Virus record (IMG/VR): IMGVR_UViG_3300044539_000240
DNA: 64,000 nucleotides
Direction: 5' to 3' (one strand)
Source: a virus
Within the stretch, counting starts at the first letter, position 1. The number at the start of each line of letters is the position of its first letter. The notes beneath the pieces are model-generated. The model made no database searches. It was not told where the DNA came from and saw nothing but the letters and a program-made list of their open reading frames with translations. The translations under genes were made by a program, and so were the position numbers. This document shows, piece by piece, positions 38,236-47,324 of this stretch.

Positions 38236-38430
38236 ATGTGGAAAGTTTATTTATTGATGTTTATTGTTGTTCTTGTTATATCCATTTTATGGGTTAACGC
38301 AATTACAAATATGCAAAAAAATCACCCTGATTATAAAGGAGAAGATTGGTTAGATTGGAATGAAGATGACAAATTAGATATTAATCTTTGGGATAAAGAT
38401 GAAGATAGGAAAGATTATGATGAAGATTAA
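38236..38430 (+). CDS. small membrane protein with acidic tail (64 aa). A 31-aa TM mini-ORF at 38138..38233 precedes it.
   Basis: Hydrophobic helix LLMFIVVLVISILWVNAI. Confidence 0.4.
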   Translation: MWKVYLLMFIVVLVISILWVNAITNMQKNHPDYKGEDWLDWNEDDKLDINLWDKDEDRKDYDED

Positions 38431-38442
38431 AAATCTTTTTAT

Positions 38443-38450
38443 TATCTTTG
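38443..38450 (+). promoter_or_regulatory. Bacteroidetes -7 promoter element TATCTTTG
   Basis: Context ttattatctttgtaaaaaatta is nearly identical to the 37445 box; 16 nt upstream of ATG 38467. Confidence 0.5.
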
Positions 38451-38466
38451 TAAAAAATTAGAACTA

Positions 38467-39171
38467 ATGAGAGTAACACTTATTTCAGACACACACAACA
38501 AACACAAACAAATTACCGGTGATTTACCGGGTGGTGATTTATTGGTACATAGTGGTGATATATCATCTATGGGTTACGAACACGAAATTAGAGAGTTCTG
38601 TAAATGGTTTAACAACATTGAAGGTTATACTCACAAGGTATTCATCGCAGGGAACCACGATTGGGGTTTCCAAGACAATGTTGAGAAGGTAAAAGAGATT
38701 TTAGATTTCTACACCGGAATTACATACCTTCAAGATAGTGAATTGGTAATCAAAGTTGGTGATGAAAGAGAAGTAAAAATCTACGGTAGTCCTTGGCAAC
38801 CTTGGTTTCACGATTGGGCTTTCAATTTACAAAAAAATGGTATTGCTTTGTCAGGTAAATGGGAAGGAATTCCTGATGATACTGATATCTTACTTACTCA
38901 CGGACCTGCGTTTGGTATATTAGACACTGTTGAAGGTAGAAGACACAATAATTTAGGTTGTGAACTATTGGCAGAAAGATTAGAAAGATTGAATGTTAAA
39001 CTTCACAATGTTGGTCATATCCACACAGGATATGGTTATGTTATGAAAAATAATACTCATCATTTTAATTCTGCAGTATTAGATGAAAGATATAATTACG
39101 CACAAAGACCAATGACTATTGATTGGAATCCGGACACAAACGAAGTAAATTTTATTGAAGATGGAAAATAA
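38467..39171 (+). CDS. calcineurin-like metallophosphoesterase (second copy, 234 aa)
   Basis: LISDTHNKH, HSGDISSMGY, AGNHDW, THGPAFG, GHIHTGYG. Confidence 0.7.
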   Translation: MRVTLISDTHNKHKQITGDLPGGDLLVHSGDISSMGYEHEIREFCKWFNNIEGYTHKVFIAGNHDWGFQDNVEKVKEILDFYTGITYLQDSELVIKVGDEREVKIYGSPWQPWFHDWAFNLQKNGIALSGKWEGIPDDTDILLTHGPAFGILDTVEGRRHNNLGCELLAERLERLNVKLHNVGHIHTGYGYVMKNNTHHFNSAVLDERYNYAQRPMTIDWNPDTNEVNFIEDGK

Positions 39172-39454
39172 AAAAGATTTATTAATTTGTAGTTGTCATT
39201 CAACTGAACATCAATTAGTCATTCTTTATGAAGAAGATGAATTAGATAATGGGTTAGCACACCCTATGTGTTATTTTCACATTCATTTAAACAAACGACC
39301 TTTTTGGGAACGAGTTGCTTATGGTTTGAGATATATCTTTGGGAGGCAATGTAAATACGGAGCTTTTGATGAATTTATCTTTAACCCGGAAGATTCGGAC
39401 AAATTACAAGAATTAGTTGATTATTTAAAAAGAGAACATAAAGGTGGTGAATAA
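39155..39454 (+). CDS. hypothetical protein (99 aa)
   Basis: Overlaps the preceding gene by 17 nt. Confidence 0.45.
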   Translation: MKMENKKDLLICSCHSTEHQLVILYEEDELDNGLAHPMCYFHIHLNKRPFWERVAYGLRYIFGRQCKYGAFDEFIFNPEDSDKLQELVDYLKREHKGGE

Positions 39455-39478
39455 CCACCTTTTGTTGTATTTATTAGT

Positions 39479-40114
39479 ATGGCAGACCAAAGTACTTTTT
39501 CAAGATTCCCAAAAAAACAATTAGTTTTTATTGCGAATAAACTTATCGAAGACGGATTTGAATGGGATGATATTACTCATAATTATGAGGACATATACGA
39601 CTCTAATGAAGATATACTTAAACAAGTATCCACGTATTTTAACGAATCAGTGGTCGAAGAAGATGTTCAGTTTTTTATTAAATTTTTAGAAATTAATAGT
39701 GGTTTACTTTCTCGAATATCTAATGGAGATAAGTCAATTATAGAACAACTTATAATTCCACAACCCAAAGATTATTTGGTTAAATACACTTCTCAAGGTA
39801 GTTGTACATATATCGAATATTATGAAACTCTTTTCTCATGTTATGATAAAGATTGGGTGAGAGATTCTTTATATTTACAAAGAAACAACGATGATTGGGA
39901 TATTTATTCCGGTGTTTTAAAAGATACCGAATATGATAATTTTGAAATGAATGATTGGGAAATTGATATAGTTAAAGACGCACCAAATAATCTACGAGAA
40001 TCTCGTAATCCAAGAAAATTATTAGAAAACACTGAAAAACTCATACCTAAATTAGACAAAGACACTCTTGTTAGTCTAAAATTCCTTATAGACAAACAAT
40101 TAAGAAACCTTTGA
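39479..40114 (+). CDS. hypothetical protein (211 aa)
   Basis: ORF; no recognisable domain. Confidence 0.5.
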   Translation: MADQSTFSRFPKKQLVFIANKLIEDGFEWDDITHNYEDIYDSNEDILKQVSTYFNESVVEEDVQFFIKFLEINSGLLSRISNGDKSIIEQLIIPQPKDYLVKYTSQGSCTYIEYYETLFSCYDKDWVRDSLYLQRNNDDWDIYSGVLKDTEYDNFEMNDWEIDIVKDAPNNLRESRNPRKLLENTEKLIPKLDKDTLVSLKFLIDKQLRNL

Positions 40115-40327
40115 TTTCCTTGTAGTTCTTTTTTTATCTTCTTTAGCTAATTCGCCTAAAGTTTTTTTCTTCGATGGGTCAGACCATTCATACCCCTTTT
40201 TATACCGAATTTCGACCTCTACGGGTCCAAAAGTTGTTACAGATGAGTCATACTTCCAAATGGTAGTTGTTTGTTCATCCTCGTAAACTACTTGTCTTTT
40301 TGTGTTTTTAGTAACTTCTATTGCCAT
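40100..40327 (-). CDS. hypothetical basic protein (75 aa)
   Basis: ORF convergent with 39479..40114. Confidence 0.4.
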   Translation of the reverse strand: MAIEVTKNTKRQVVYEDEQTTTIWKYDSSVTTFGPVEVEIRYKKGYEWSDPSKKKTLGELAKEDKKRTTRKSKVS

Positions 40328-40345
40328 AGGTGCAAAGATATAAAA

Positions 40346-41326
40346 TTATATTAAATCTTTCAATCTGTCACCATATAAATTTATAACTCTTTTTAAGAAA
40401 GCGTCAGGATTTTTTCTAATATACTCCAAAACATCATAACGAATATTTTTTGAATATTTTCCAAATAATTCAGCAATTTTATCAACTTTTTGACCTCTTT
40501 CTTTGTTATACCTAAAGTTATTTATTTTATTTACATCTATAATCGGAAAAGTAATAGTTTTTCTATTTCCTGATAGAGCATCATTATGAGATAATGATAT
40601 CGAAGAACTAACTTTACCTGAATTTGCTTTTCTCAACAACATATCCATAACTTCTTCGTTATTTTTTACAGTGTATTCAATAACATTTCCCGTTTTAGGT
40701 AATACTCCAAATATCCAATTTACATTATTAAAAGAAACTTGCATCATTTGATTTTTATAAAAATCATATTCAGGTCCTTTTTTCATTAAATCATATGGTT
40801 TTTTAATACCTTCAACTGATAATGTATCATCTTCTGAAATACCTTGTAACGCAACTTTTAAACCTTTATTTAATGACCCTAGTGAATATCTTTCCCCGGG
40901 AATTGTGAGTTTAACAGAATAAGGAACCCCTTCAATCATAATGTCAGCCATAGTACCTTCTCGATTACCTTCAGTTGTTGGTATTGCAACTCCACCGGTA
41001 AATAACCCAGCCATCAAACCTTCAAAGAAGAACCCACGACCATCAGTTTCCTCTTGTAAACTAATAAAATATTGATAAAATCGAATTCTATCAACCATTT
41101 TTTTAACATCTAAATTTAAATTAACGTCAGTCCCGTCAGTAGAAAAATCATAAGTACCAATACCCTCAGAATTTAATATTTTTGGTATAACCTTAGCCGC
41201 TTGTGTTTTACTTTTTGGAATTGGGGAAATTGTCGGCATAACAACCTCTAAAGATTTTGCAACATCTACAATATTTTGTTCCTTTAAGTATAAATTAAAT
41301 TGAGATTCGGTAATTTTAATTTTCAT
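40346..41326 (-). CDS. N-terminal motif family member (MKIKITESQFNLYL), 326 aa
   Basis: K-I-T-E-S-Q; TATTTATAAAT immediately 5' of ATG on the coding strand. Confidence 0.6.
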   Translation of the reverse strand: MKIKITESQFNLYLKEQNIVDVAKSLEVVMPTISPIPKSKTQAAKVIPKILNSEGIGTYDFSTDGTDVNLNLDVKKMVDRIRFYQYFISLQEETDGRGFFFEGLMAGLFTGGVAIPTTEGNREGTMADIMIEGVPYSVKLTIPGERYSLGSLNKGLKVALQGISEDDTLSVEGIKKPYDLMKKGPEYDFYKNQMMQVSFNNVNWIFGVLPKTGNVIEYTVKNNEEVMDMLLRKANSGKVSSSISLSHNDALSGNRKTITFPIIDVNKINNFRYNKERGQKVDKIAELFGKYSKNIRYDVLEYIRKNPDAFLKRVINLYGDRLKDLI

Positions 41327-41346
41327 ATTTATAAATACCTCAATAA

Positions 41347-41374
41347 ATAAAAAACCCCTCGATTAGGAGGGGTT
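41347..41374 (-). terminator. intrinsic terminator downstream of 41382..41657
   Basis: cccctc-gattag-gagggg hairpin; on the minus strand it is followed by a U-run (plus A8). Confidence 0.65.
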
Positions 41375-41381
41375 AGTTAAT

Positions 41382-41657
41382 TTACTCTTCAGTTTCTTCA
41401 CCTTTACCTTTGTTAATCCATTTGTCTACCGAACCGATACCAAATGAACCTAAAACTAACCACATAAAGGCGTTGAAGATAAACTCGTTTATTACTAGGT
41501 CTTGACCTAAATAACCTGTGACAATATCCGCAATTGCGAATACAGTCATCATGATGAAGGCTAAAAAGCCAACAACACTTTTCTCATTAATTGAGTTACT
41601 ATCATTGAATAACTCGCTAAAAAATTTTTTCATAGTATTTGGTAATTTACTTAACAA
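41382..41657 (-). CDS. small membrane protein, 2 TM (91 aa)
   Basis: Two hydrophobic helices (VVGFLAFIMMTVFAIADIV; FIFNAFMWLVLGSFGIGSV). Confidence 0.5.
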   Translation of the reverse strand: MLSKLPNTMKKFFSELFNDSNSINEKSVVGFLAFIMMTVFAIADIVTGYLGQDLVINEFIFNAFMWLVLGSFGIGSVDKWINKGKGEETEE

Positions 41658-41884
41658 TAAATATCAAAAAAACACTATTTATCTAAAAAACTTATAACAT
41701 GGCAAAAGTTAATACAGGTTCAAACTCATCAGTTAAATTAGAGACTTCAAAAGTTAGTCGTCCGGGTGTTCATTCAAAAACTAAGACATCTAAGTTAAAA
41801 CAATCTAAAAACTACAAGAAGTCATACAAAGGACAAGGTAAATAGTTTGTTTTCAAATCAAAAAAATTAACTATATTTCTTATT

Positions 41885-42172
41885 ATGTTAGATAAGAAAC
41901 GAAGATTCTTTCGCCTAATCGAAAGTTACATTAACGATTTCCGTGGAGACGCGGTTAGAGAATTCTATGGGGATAAGGCACGAATTATCGTTCACTCGAT
42001 GAAAACCGGAGTAACAGATAATTCTATTATGTTGGAGGTTGTTATCTATTTAGGTGATATCATCAATGAAGATGTGATGAATGATACACTTGCTCATGTT
42101 TTAATTCAAGATTCCATTGTGTATTTTTTCCCGGATTCTAAAATTAGTACCTATGTTAGATTTGACGTTTAA
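41885..42172 (+). CDS. hypothetical protein (95 aa)
   Basis: A 48-aa Lys-rich mini-ORF (41699..41845, MAKVNTGSNSSVK...) lies upstream. Confidence 0.4.
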   Translation: MLDKKRRFFRLIESYINDFRGDAVREFYGDKARIIVHSMKTGVTDNSIMLEVVIYLGDIINEDVMNDTLAHVLIQDSIVYFFPDSKISTYVRFDV

Positions 42173-42480
42173 GCTATTCTAGATTTTTTTAAAGAGTCAT
42201 GAAGTTCATTATTCTCTTTTTGTAAGAACTCAACTTTTATTGCTAATTGAGCAACGGATTCGGTTAATTTTAAGATAGTTTCTCTCATAATATCCTTCTC
42301 TTTACTACTTTCTTGTAATAAAACTTCTAATTTCCCAATTCTATCTCTACAATCATGTCTGATAAAATCTTCATCTTTTTCTTTTCTTAACGCTCTTTTT
42401 TCGTAAAATCTCCAAGCACTTGCGGAACCTAATACTGTCAATGCGGTAATTAAGACGGTCCAAACTGATTCGTTTTGCAT
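42169..42480 (-). CDS. hypothetical protein with N-terminal TM helix and coiled coil (103 aa)
   Basis: ORF convergent with 41885..42172. Confidence 0.45.
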   Translation of the reverse strand: MQNESVWTVLITALTVLGSASAWRFYEKRALRKEKDEDFIRHDCRDRIGKLEVLLQESSKEKDIMRETILKLTESVAQLAIKVEFLQKENNELHDSLKKSRIA

Positions 42481-42635
42481 ATTCTAAACTATTTCTAAAT
42501 AAATATACCATTGTTAATAAAAAAATGGTACTTTGGTCGAGAAGCGAATAATTATTATTCTTAAAAGAATAATAATATAACAATAAAATATAATAAAAAA
42601 CTAAAAAAAAAAATAAGCACTAGTACTAGAACTAG

Positions 42636-42887
42636 TTAGGCGAAATCTACACAACATTCAAAACCTAACACACCCTCCAAAGTTTCTTGGACATTTGTTG
42701 GTCTATAAGATTCTCTCGGTAATGGTGATTTAATTTGGACAAACAATGCAAATGAATCCGGAACCCATTTACTTAAATTTTTATCATACTTAAACGTGGG
42801 TGTCATATCAAAATCACATATTGTAACCCCGCTATATGAAATCCCTAAAACCGTTTCACATAATCGTTTTACTCTATCTTTGTCCAT
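42636..42887 (-). CDS. hypothetical protein (about 84 aa, MDKDRVKRLCETVLG...)
   Basis: Track ORF begins at a GTG inside the upstream gene. The first ATG (42887) overlaps the upstream stop by 19 nt (coupled genes, not a frameshift). Confidence 0.45.
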   Translation of the reverse strand: MDKDRVKRLCETVLGISYSGVTICDFDMTPTFKYDKNLSKWVPDSFALFVQIKSPLPRESYRPTNVQETLEGVLGFECCVDFA

Positions 42888-43252
42888 GTCATATCTGAAT
42901 TTAAAATGACAGAATAAACGTGTTTCTGTCTCCACGTATTGGGTTCAATGAGAGATAAGAACTTATTACCTTTAACATCTTCATAGAGGTGGTAAATTTG
43001 ACCAATAATGGGTTCAAAACGATAAGATGACTCATAGACCTCTTGGTTAAGAATAAATGAATTATAAAGGTTCTCTGCGTCTCTCATGAGTTCTTTATAT
43101 TTTGTGTCATAAATTTTGTTCACCCGGTCGGTCCCGTTTTTCTTAAATGATGTTAAGTCGGGGACATCTATCTTTGGTGCACCAACATGAGATGGGTACG
43201 AAAGTAAATTCGCCTTTAACTCTACCTTGTCGATGTGTGATTGTGTTGACAT
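42869..43252 (-). CDS. hypothetical protein (127 aa)
   Basis: ORF upstream of and overlapping 42636..42887. Confidence 0.45.
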   Translation of the reverse strand: MSTQSHIDKVELKANLLSYPSHVGAPKIDVPDLTSFKKNGTDRVNKIYDTKYKELMRDAENLYNSFILNQEVYESSYRFEPIIGQIYHLYEDVKGNKFLSLIEPNTWRQKHVYSVILNSDMTWTKIE

Positions 43253-43312
43253 AAAAAAAAAGTGTCCCTAATTGGAACACTAATTATAAATTATATTTTT
43301 TGAAAGTTCAAC

Positions 43313-43813
43313 TTATTGACCTTTAATCATTGAGATTCCATGTTTTAAGAATTCTTTAGCTCTTGCAGATACATGATTCATCATATAAACCTTTTCGATG
43401 TCTTTAACTAACTCTTCACCATGTTCATTCTCCTTGTAAAGTTCAATGATTTTATCCATGGCTTTATTACACTCTTTCTTTGTTTCATCAAAATAGTTGT
43501 AAGGTTTGAAACCCTTTAAATGATTCATAATTTCAGACGCTAAATGTTCTCCACCATCCGAAACTTTTGGGTGTAATCTAAGAGTTTTCAATAACTCAAG
43601 TTTATCAACTAATCCGTTAACACCATTTCTTCTAATTGTAACACCATCAATATAATCTTCTGACTCATCGTCACCCATTATATCATCCAATGTTTTAACA
43701 TTTCCACCGTGGCAGAATTTTCTATCTTCTTTTTCTTCAGATTGTTCAATCATATAAAGTTTTTTGATTGAGTCAATTTCTGATTCCGTAATTGTAAATC
43801 TTTTAGTTCCCAT
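43313..43813 (-). CDS. N-terminal motif family member (MGTKRFTITESEIDSI), 166 aa
   Basis: T-I-T-E-S-E; GATATATTTATAGAC immediately upstream of ATG. Confidence 0.55.
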   Translation of the reverse strand: MGTKRFTITESEIDSIKKLYMIEQSEEKEDRKFCHGGNVKTLDDIMGDDESEDYIDGVTIRRNGVNGLVDKLELLKTLRLHPKVSDGGEHLASEIMNHLKGFKPYNYFDETKKECNKAMDKIIELYKENEHGEELVKDIEKVYMMNHVSARAKEFLKHGISMIKGQ

Positions 43814-43833
43814 GTCTATAAATATATCAATAA

Positions 43834-44559
43834 TTATATTATTTCATGAAGAAACCTCATTTTTTCTTCGTTAGTTAGTTCTTCTGTTGTAAAAGAGAAT
43901 GGGTCATACCCTAAAGTTAGGAAAAATTGTTTATGATATTCATAAACTTTTTTAGCGGTTTCCATAGTATAAAGTGAATTAAATTTATATGGTCGAGAAC
44001 TAATATAGTTATTTTTGGATAAAAAATTATCAATATACCCTGAAGATAATAGGGCACTATCTTTAATAAAATCAATTTTACTAATATCTTCTATAATGTT
44101 TTCCATTCTAATAAAATCAGATGGAATAGTTACATCAAAATTATATTTTGAAATGTAACTGTCAAGAATTACTTTATCCCTTTTAGACTCAATCCCAAAT
44201 TTTGGTTTTATTTCTTTATAAGAAAATAATTCATTTATGAAAATTGTAAAATTATCAACCATTAAGTTATGTTTATCTTTAAAATAAACCAATGATTTAC
44301 CTGAACCAACAAAATACAAAAAAACACCTAACATTCTATCATAAGGGTTCCGAATACTACAAATCACTTTATAATCAGAATATTCATTTGTTGGTAATGT
44401 TAACACATGAGATTGGTATTGAGCACTTTTAGGTAAATCTTTGTTACCCAACACTCCTGTGTAGTCAAAATCAAAATGTCTAAAAATATGGGCAGTTGCT
44501 TTAGTCCCACACCTTTCAGGTGCCCACCAAATTGTTTTATGTTTGTGAGAAATGTTCAT
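43834..44559 (-). CDS. putative PAPS-dependent sulfotransferase-like protein (241 aa)
   Basis: 5'-PSB-like WWAPERCGTKA and 3'-PB-like IRNPYDRMLGVFLYF (R-N-P-x-D-R). Assignment tentative. Confidence 0.4.
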   Translation of the reverse strand: MNISHKHKTIWWAPERCGTKATAHIFRHFDFDYTGVLGNKDLPKSAQYQSHVLTLPTNEYSDYKVICSIRNPYDRMLGVFLYFVGSGKSLVYFKDKHNLMVDNFTIFINELFSYKEIKPKFGIESKRDKVILDSYISKYNFDVTIPSDFIRMENIIEDISKIDFIKDSALLSSGYIDNFLSKNNYISSRPYKFNSLYTMETAKKVYEYHKQFFLTLGYDPFSFTTEELTNEEKMRFLHEII

Positions 44560-44576
44560 ATTAAGTATTTATTGGT

Positions 44577-45218
44577 ATGAAAAACATTATTTTAACTTTA
44601 GGATTTATTCTGATGTCTTCACTATTATTTAGCCAAGATACTATTAGAATTAAACACACTAATTATACAACCGTATTTAGTAAAACTAAACATTACCCGG
44701 TCTTAGTTGAATGGTGGACAACAAAGTCTATGGTGACTTGTAAAACACCTCTCAAACGAAAAGATAACTTTAAACCGGACCCTCAATTACCAAAAGAAAC
44801 AGATTTATTAAAAGATTATATTGGTAGTGGTACCGACCGAGGTCATATGATGCCAGCAGCAGATAATCTTTGTCAAACACCACAAGTTCAAGATGAGTGT
44901 TTCTACTTTTCAAATATGTCGGCACAATATCATTCGTTAAATGCTGGTGATTGGAAATCATTAGAAACATTAACTCGTAAGTTAGCTACCGAACAAGATA
45001 GTATTAAAGTTTGGTGTGGGAATGTTGGTGAGATTAAGAGAATTGGTAGAGTATCGGTTCCTAAACAATGTTGGAAAGTTGTTTACATAAAAAAAAGTAA
45101 CACATACTACTCATATCTTTTTGATAACACTACAAATAAACCAGATGGTATTGAAAATAATTTAGTTAAAATTGAAGTCATTGAGAAGTTAACCGGATTT
45201 AAATTTAATGTAAAATAA
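44577..45218 (+). CDS. secreted DNA/RNA non-specific endonuclease (Serratia NucA/NUC1 family)
   Basis: Signal peptide MKNIILTLGFILMSSLLFSQ; active-site motif TDRGHMMPAADN (DRGH with catalytic His) and downstream Asn/Glu residues. Confidence 0.7.
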   Translation: MKNIILTLGFILMSSLLFSQDTIRIKHTNYTTVFSKTKHYPVLVEWWTTKSMVTCKTPLKRKDNFKPDPQLPKETDLLKDYIGSGTDRGHMMPAADNLCQTPQVQDECFYFSNMSAQYHSLNAGDWKSLETLTRKLATEQDSIKVWCGNVGEIKRIGRVSVPKQCWKVVYIKKSNTYYSYLFDNTTNKPDGIENNLVKIEVIEKLTGFKFNVK

Positions 45219-45221
45219 AAT

Positions 45222-45248
45222 AACCCCTCTTCGGAGGGGTTATTTATT
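45222..45248. terminator. bidirectional intrinsic terminator
   Basis: aacccctc-ttcg-gaggggtt hairpin with tetraloop, T-rich 3' flank, between convergent genes. Confidence 0.7.
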
Positions 45249-45438
45249 AATATAATTTTTGTGAATCGTTAAAGAGTCTTTTCATTTTAGCTTCGATTAA
45301 ATTGATTTTTTGTTGGTCAACATCTGAAACCTCAAAATTTTCAGCTTTAATTTGTCTTACTTCTTCTTGCATTCTTTGATATCTCATTATCATATCATTA
45401 TACAATCTTGCTTTTTCGTCTTGGGTTAAATTCGCCAT
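45247..45438 (-). CDS. hypothetical coiled-coil protein (63 aa)
   Basis: Small ORF after the terminator. Confidence 0.4.
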   Translation of the reverse strand: MANLTQDEKARLYNDMIMRYQRMQEEVRQIKAENFEVSDVDQQKINLIEAKMKRLFNDSQKLY

Positions 45439-45483
45439 ATTTTTGTCTTTTTATTAAATGTATTATTTTTTTTTAGATTGTAA

Positions 45484-45681
45484 CTACTCTTTTGTTTCTT
45501 TTTTATGTTTTTTCCATTCCAACCAAAAAGCCATCAGTACCAAAATATTCATTCCGAATGATGCAATTATTTCATGGATATCCTCATAGACATTCACAGT
45601 TAAATGAACATGACCAACAACCCAAAATGGAACCGCTAAATTGGAACCCATCCAAACTATTGCAAATTTTAAAAAATCCAT
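45484..45681 (-). CDS. small membrane protein, 2 TM (65 aa)
   Basis: Hydrophobic helices. The opposite-strand ORF 45492..45686 is rejected. Confidence 0.45.
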   Translation of the reverse strand: MDFLKFAIVWMGSNLAVPFWVVGHVHLTVNVYEDIHEIIASFGMNILVLMAFWLEWKKHKKETKE

Positions 45682-45682
45682 A

Positions 45683-46024
45683 TTAAAAATCGTTAGTTTT
45701 AATCATATCCATATTAGCATCGTATACACTAAATCTTATTGATGTTTTATCATTATCAATACCAAGATAAGGTAATAATCTCCTAATATGGTGGTCAACC
45801 ATCCAATGTTCATCAAAATTAAATTTATCCCATAAATCATCTTCTTCTTTTGGTTCATTCAAATAAATGTTCAAATAAATGTTAAGGTGTAAAGTATCTT
45901 CAAGAACATCAAAAGGGTTATCACTATTGTGGACTTCAATTTCACCAACAATAGGGTAGATGCTTTTAATAACATCACTATTAACTAATTTTTCAAGTCC
46001 TTTAATTTGAAAATCGTTTATCAT
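45683..46024 (-). CDS. hypothetical protein (113 aa)
   Basis: ATGA overlap with both neighbours; internal 12 nt direct repeat (NIYLNIYLN). Confidence 0.5.
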   Translation of the reverse strand: MINDFQIKGLEKLVNSDVIKSIYPIVGEIEVHNSDNPFDVLEDTLHLNIYLNIYLNEPKEEDDLWDKFNFDEHWMVDHHIRRLLPYLGIDNDKTSIRFSVYDANMDMIKTNDF

Positions 46025-46386
46025 AAGTAATAATCTATTGTGTTAACGGGAATTTTAAACGTTTCAACAAACCACTCTTTAAACCCTTCTTTCCAATTAT
46101 CGTTAAAATAACCTTCTAATGAGTTAAGAAGTCCTTGGTCTTCAACATACAACATTGGACTTAATGGTTTTCGGTAATCTGAAGCTCCGGTCCAATAGTC
46201 TTCACCATATAACCTGAACAATGTTTCATCATCCATATAATCACCTAAATAAAATTCAATTGCGTCTTGTTCCTGACCCCAATCATCAGTTAAATGAGTC
46301 CAATTAATATTCTCAACATCCAAAGTGTTGTTTAGGTAATTTTTAACCGTTTGATTTAATTTACTTTCCGTTATTATGTATTTCAT
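46021..46386 (-). CDS. N-terminal motif family member (MKYIITESKLNQTVKNYLNNTLDVENINWTHL), paralog of 58537..58908
   Basis: Roughly 30 identical N-terminal residues shared with 58537..58908. Confidence 0.6.
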   Translation of the reverse strand: MKYIITESKLNQTVKNYLNNTLDVENINWTHLTDDWGQEQDAIEFYLGDYMDDETLFRLYGEDYWTGASDYRKPLSPMLYVEDQGLLNSLEGYFNDNWKEGFKEWFVETFKIPVNTIDYYL

Positions 46387-46387
46387 T

Positions 46388-46657
46388 TTAAACTTCTAAA
46401 TATTGCCAAGTCACACCTAACCAATAGTCACGACCTTCTCTTAATCCGGTATATCCGGTAACAGACTCAATTAACTTATCCATTTCATTTCCGTTGTTGT
46501 AATTACTGGCATCATAAACCAATTCAAAATAAGGGTAATCACCATCATAAGTTGACCTCATTTCTTTTATGATATTAAGAACTGGTTGTGGGTGAACAGT
46601 ACTATGAGCAAAAAAAGCGTCTAATAATTTTTCAACTTTTTTACTATCCTTTTTCAT
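46388..46657 (-). CDS. hypothetical protein (89 aa)
   Basis: One nt after the stop of 46659 (TAA-N-ATG junction). Confidence 0.5.
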   Translation of the reverse strand: MKKDSKKVEKLLDAFFAHSTVHPQPVLNIIKEMRSTYDGDYPYFELVYDASNYNNGNEMDKLIESVTGYTGLREGRDYWLGVTWQYLEV

Positions 46658-46658
46658 G

Positions 46659-47267
46659 TTATGCGATATATGGTGGTTTTGGACTACTTCCTTTTAAATA
46701 ACCATCTGCAACTTTGGCCAATAAATCACCTGTACCCCAAGTTTTAAGTCCTTTCATTCTAGATAATTCAAATAGACCTACATCATTTTTAAGTCCATCA
46801 ATAATATCATTATATCTTCCATTTTTTAATGTCTTACAAGTAGATTGAATACCATCTCCCTGTGTTTGGTAATTTTTTACACCAACACTATTATAATTTG
46901 TTGCACCAGCCATTTTTTGTGTAGTGTTAAATGGATTATTAGTGGCCTTACCACCTTCCGCTTGTCTCCAAGCATACATAAATGACATATTATCTTTAGT
47001 AGGTTTTGCACCAACACATGATAAAACTTCTTTATAGAAATCATCATCTGTTGTTGTTATTGATTTTATATCACTTTCTTTATCACCTAACATTGACGGA
47101 TTGTCCTTAATTTTATCAGTTGAATCTGTAGAAGTGGATGATTTAGGATTCAATATTTTACCTACATAATCTTTAATGATGTCAGCAGCACCTTTACCTG
47201 TTACTTGTTTTGAAATCATATCAATTAAATCTTGTTCAGTTAACCTAACTTTATATTTTTTTCCCAT
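46659..47267 (-). CDS. N-terminal motif family member (MGKKYKVRLTEQDLIDMI), 202 aa
   Basis: R-L-T-E-Q; CTATTTATAGAT immediately upstream. Confidence 0.55.
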   Translation of the reverse strand: MGKKYKVRLTEQDLIDMISKQVTGKGAADIIKDYVGKILNPKSSTSTDSTDKIKDNPSMLGDKESDIKSITTTDDDFYKEVLSCVGAKPTKDNMSFMYAWRQAEGGKATNNPFNTTQKMAGATNYNSVGVKNYQTQGDGIQSTCKTLKNGRYNDIIDGLKNDVGLFELSRMKGLKTWGTGDLLAKVADGYLKGSSPKPPYIA

Positions 47268-47300
47268 ATCTATAAATAGTTTTATTATATAAATATAACA

Positions 47301-47324
47301 AAACCCCCATACGGGGGTTTTTTT
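47301..47324. terminator. intrinsic terminator (ccccc-atac-ggggg plus T7)
   Basis: Hairpin directly after the cyclophilin stop codon. Confidence 0.6.

Noticed and set aside
42636-43252. Possible frameshifted single gene (42869..43252 plus 42636..42935 overlapping by 67 nt)
   Set aside because: The track ORF starts at an internal GTG. The first ATG of the downstream frame (42887) overlaps the upstream stop by only 19 nt, as in ordinary coupled genes. There is no slippery heptamer and no need for a frameshift.
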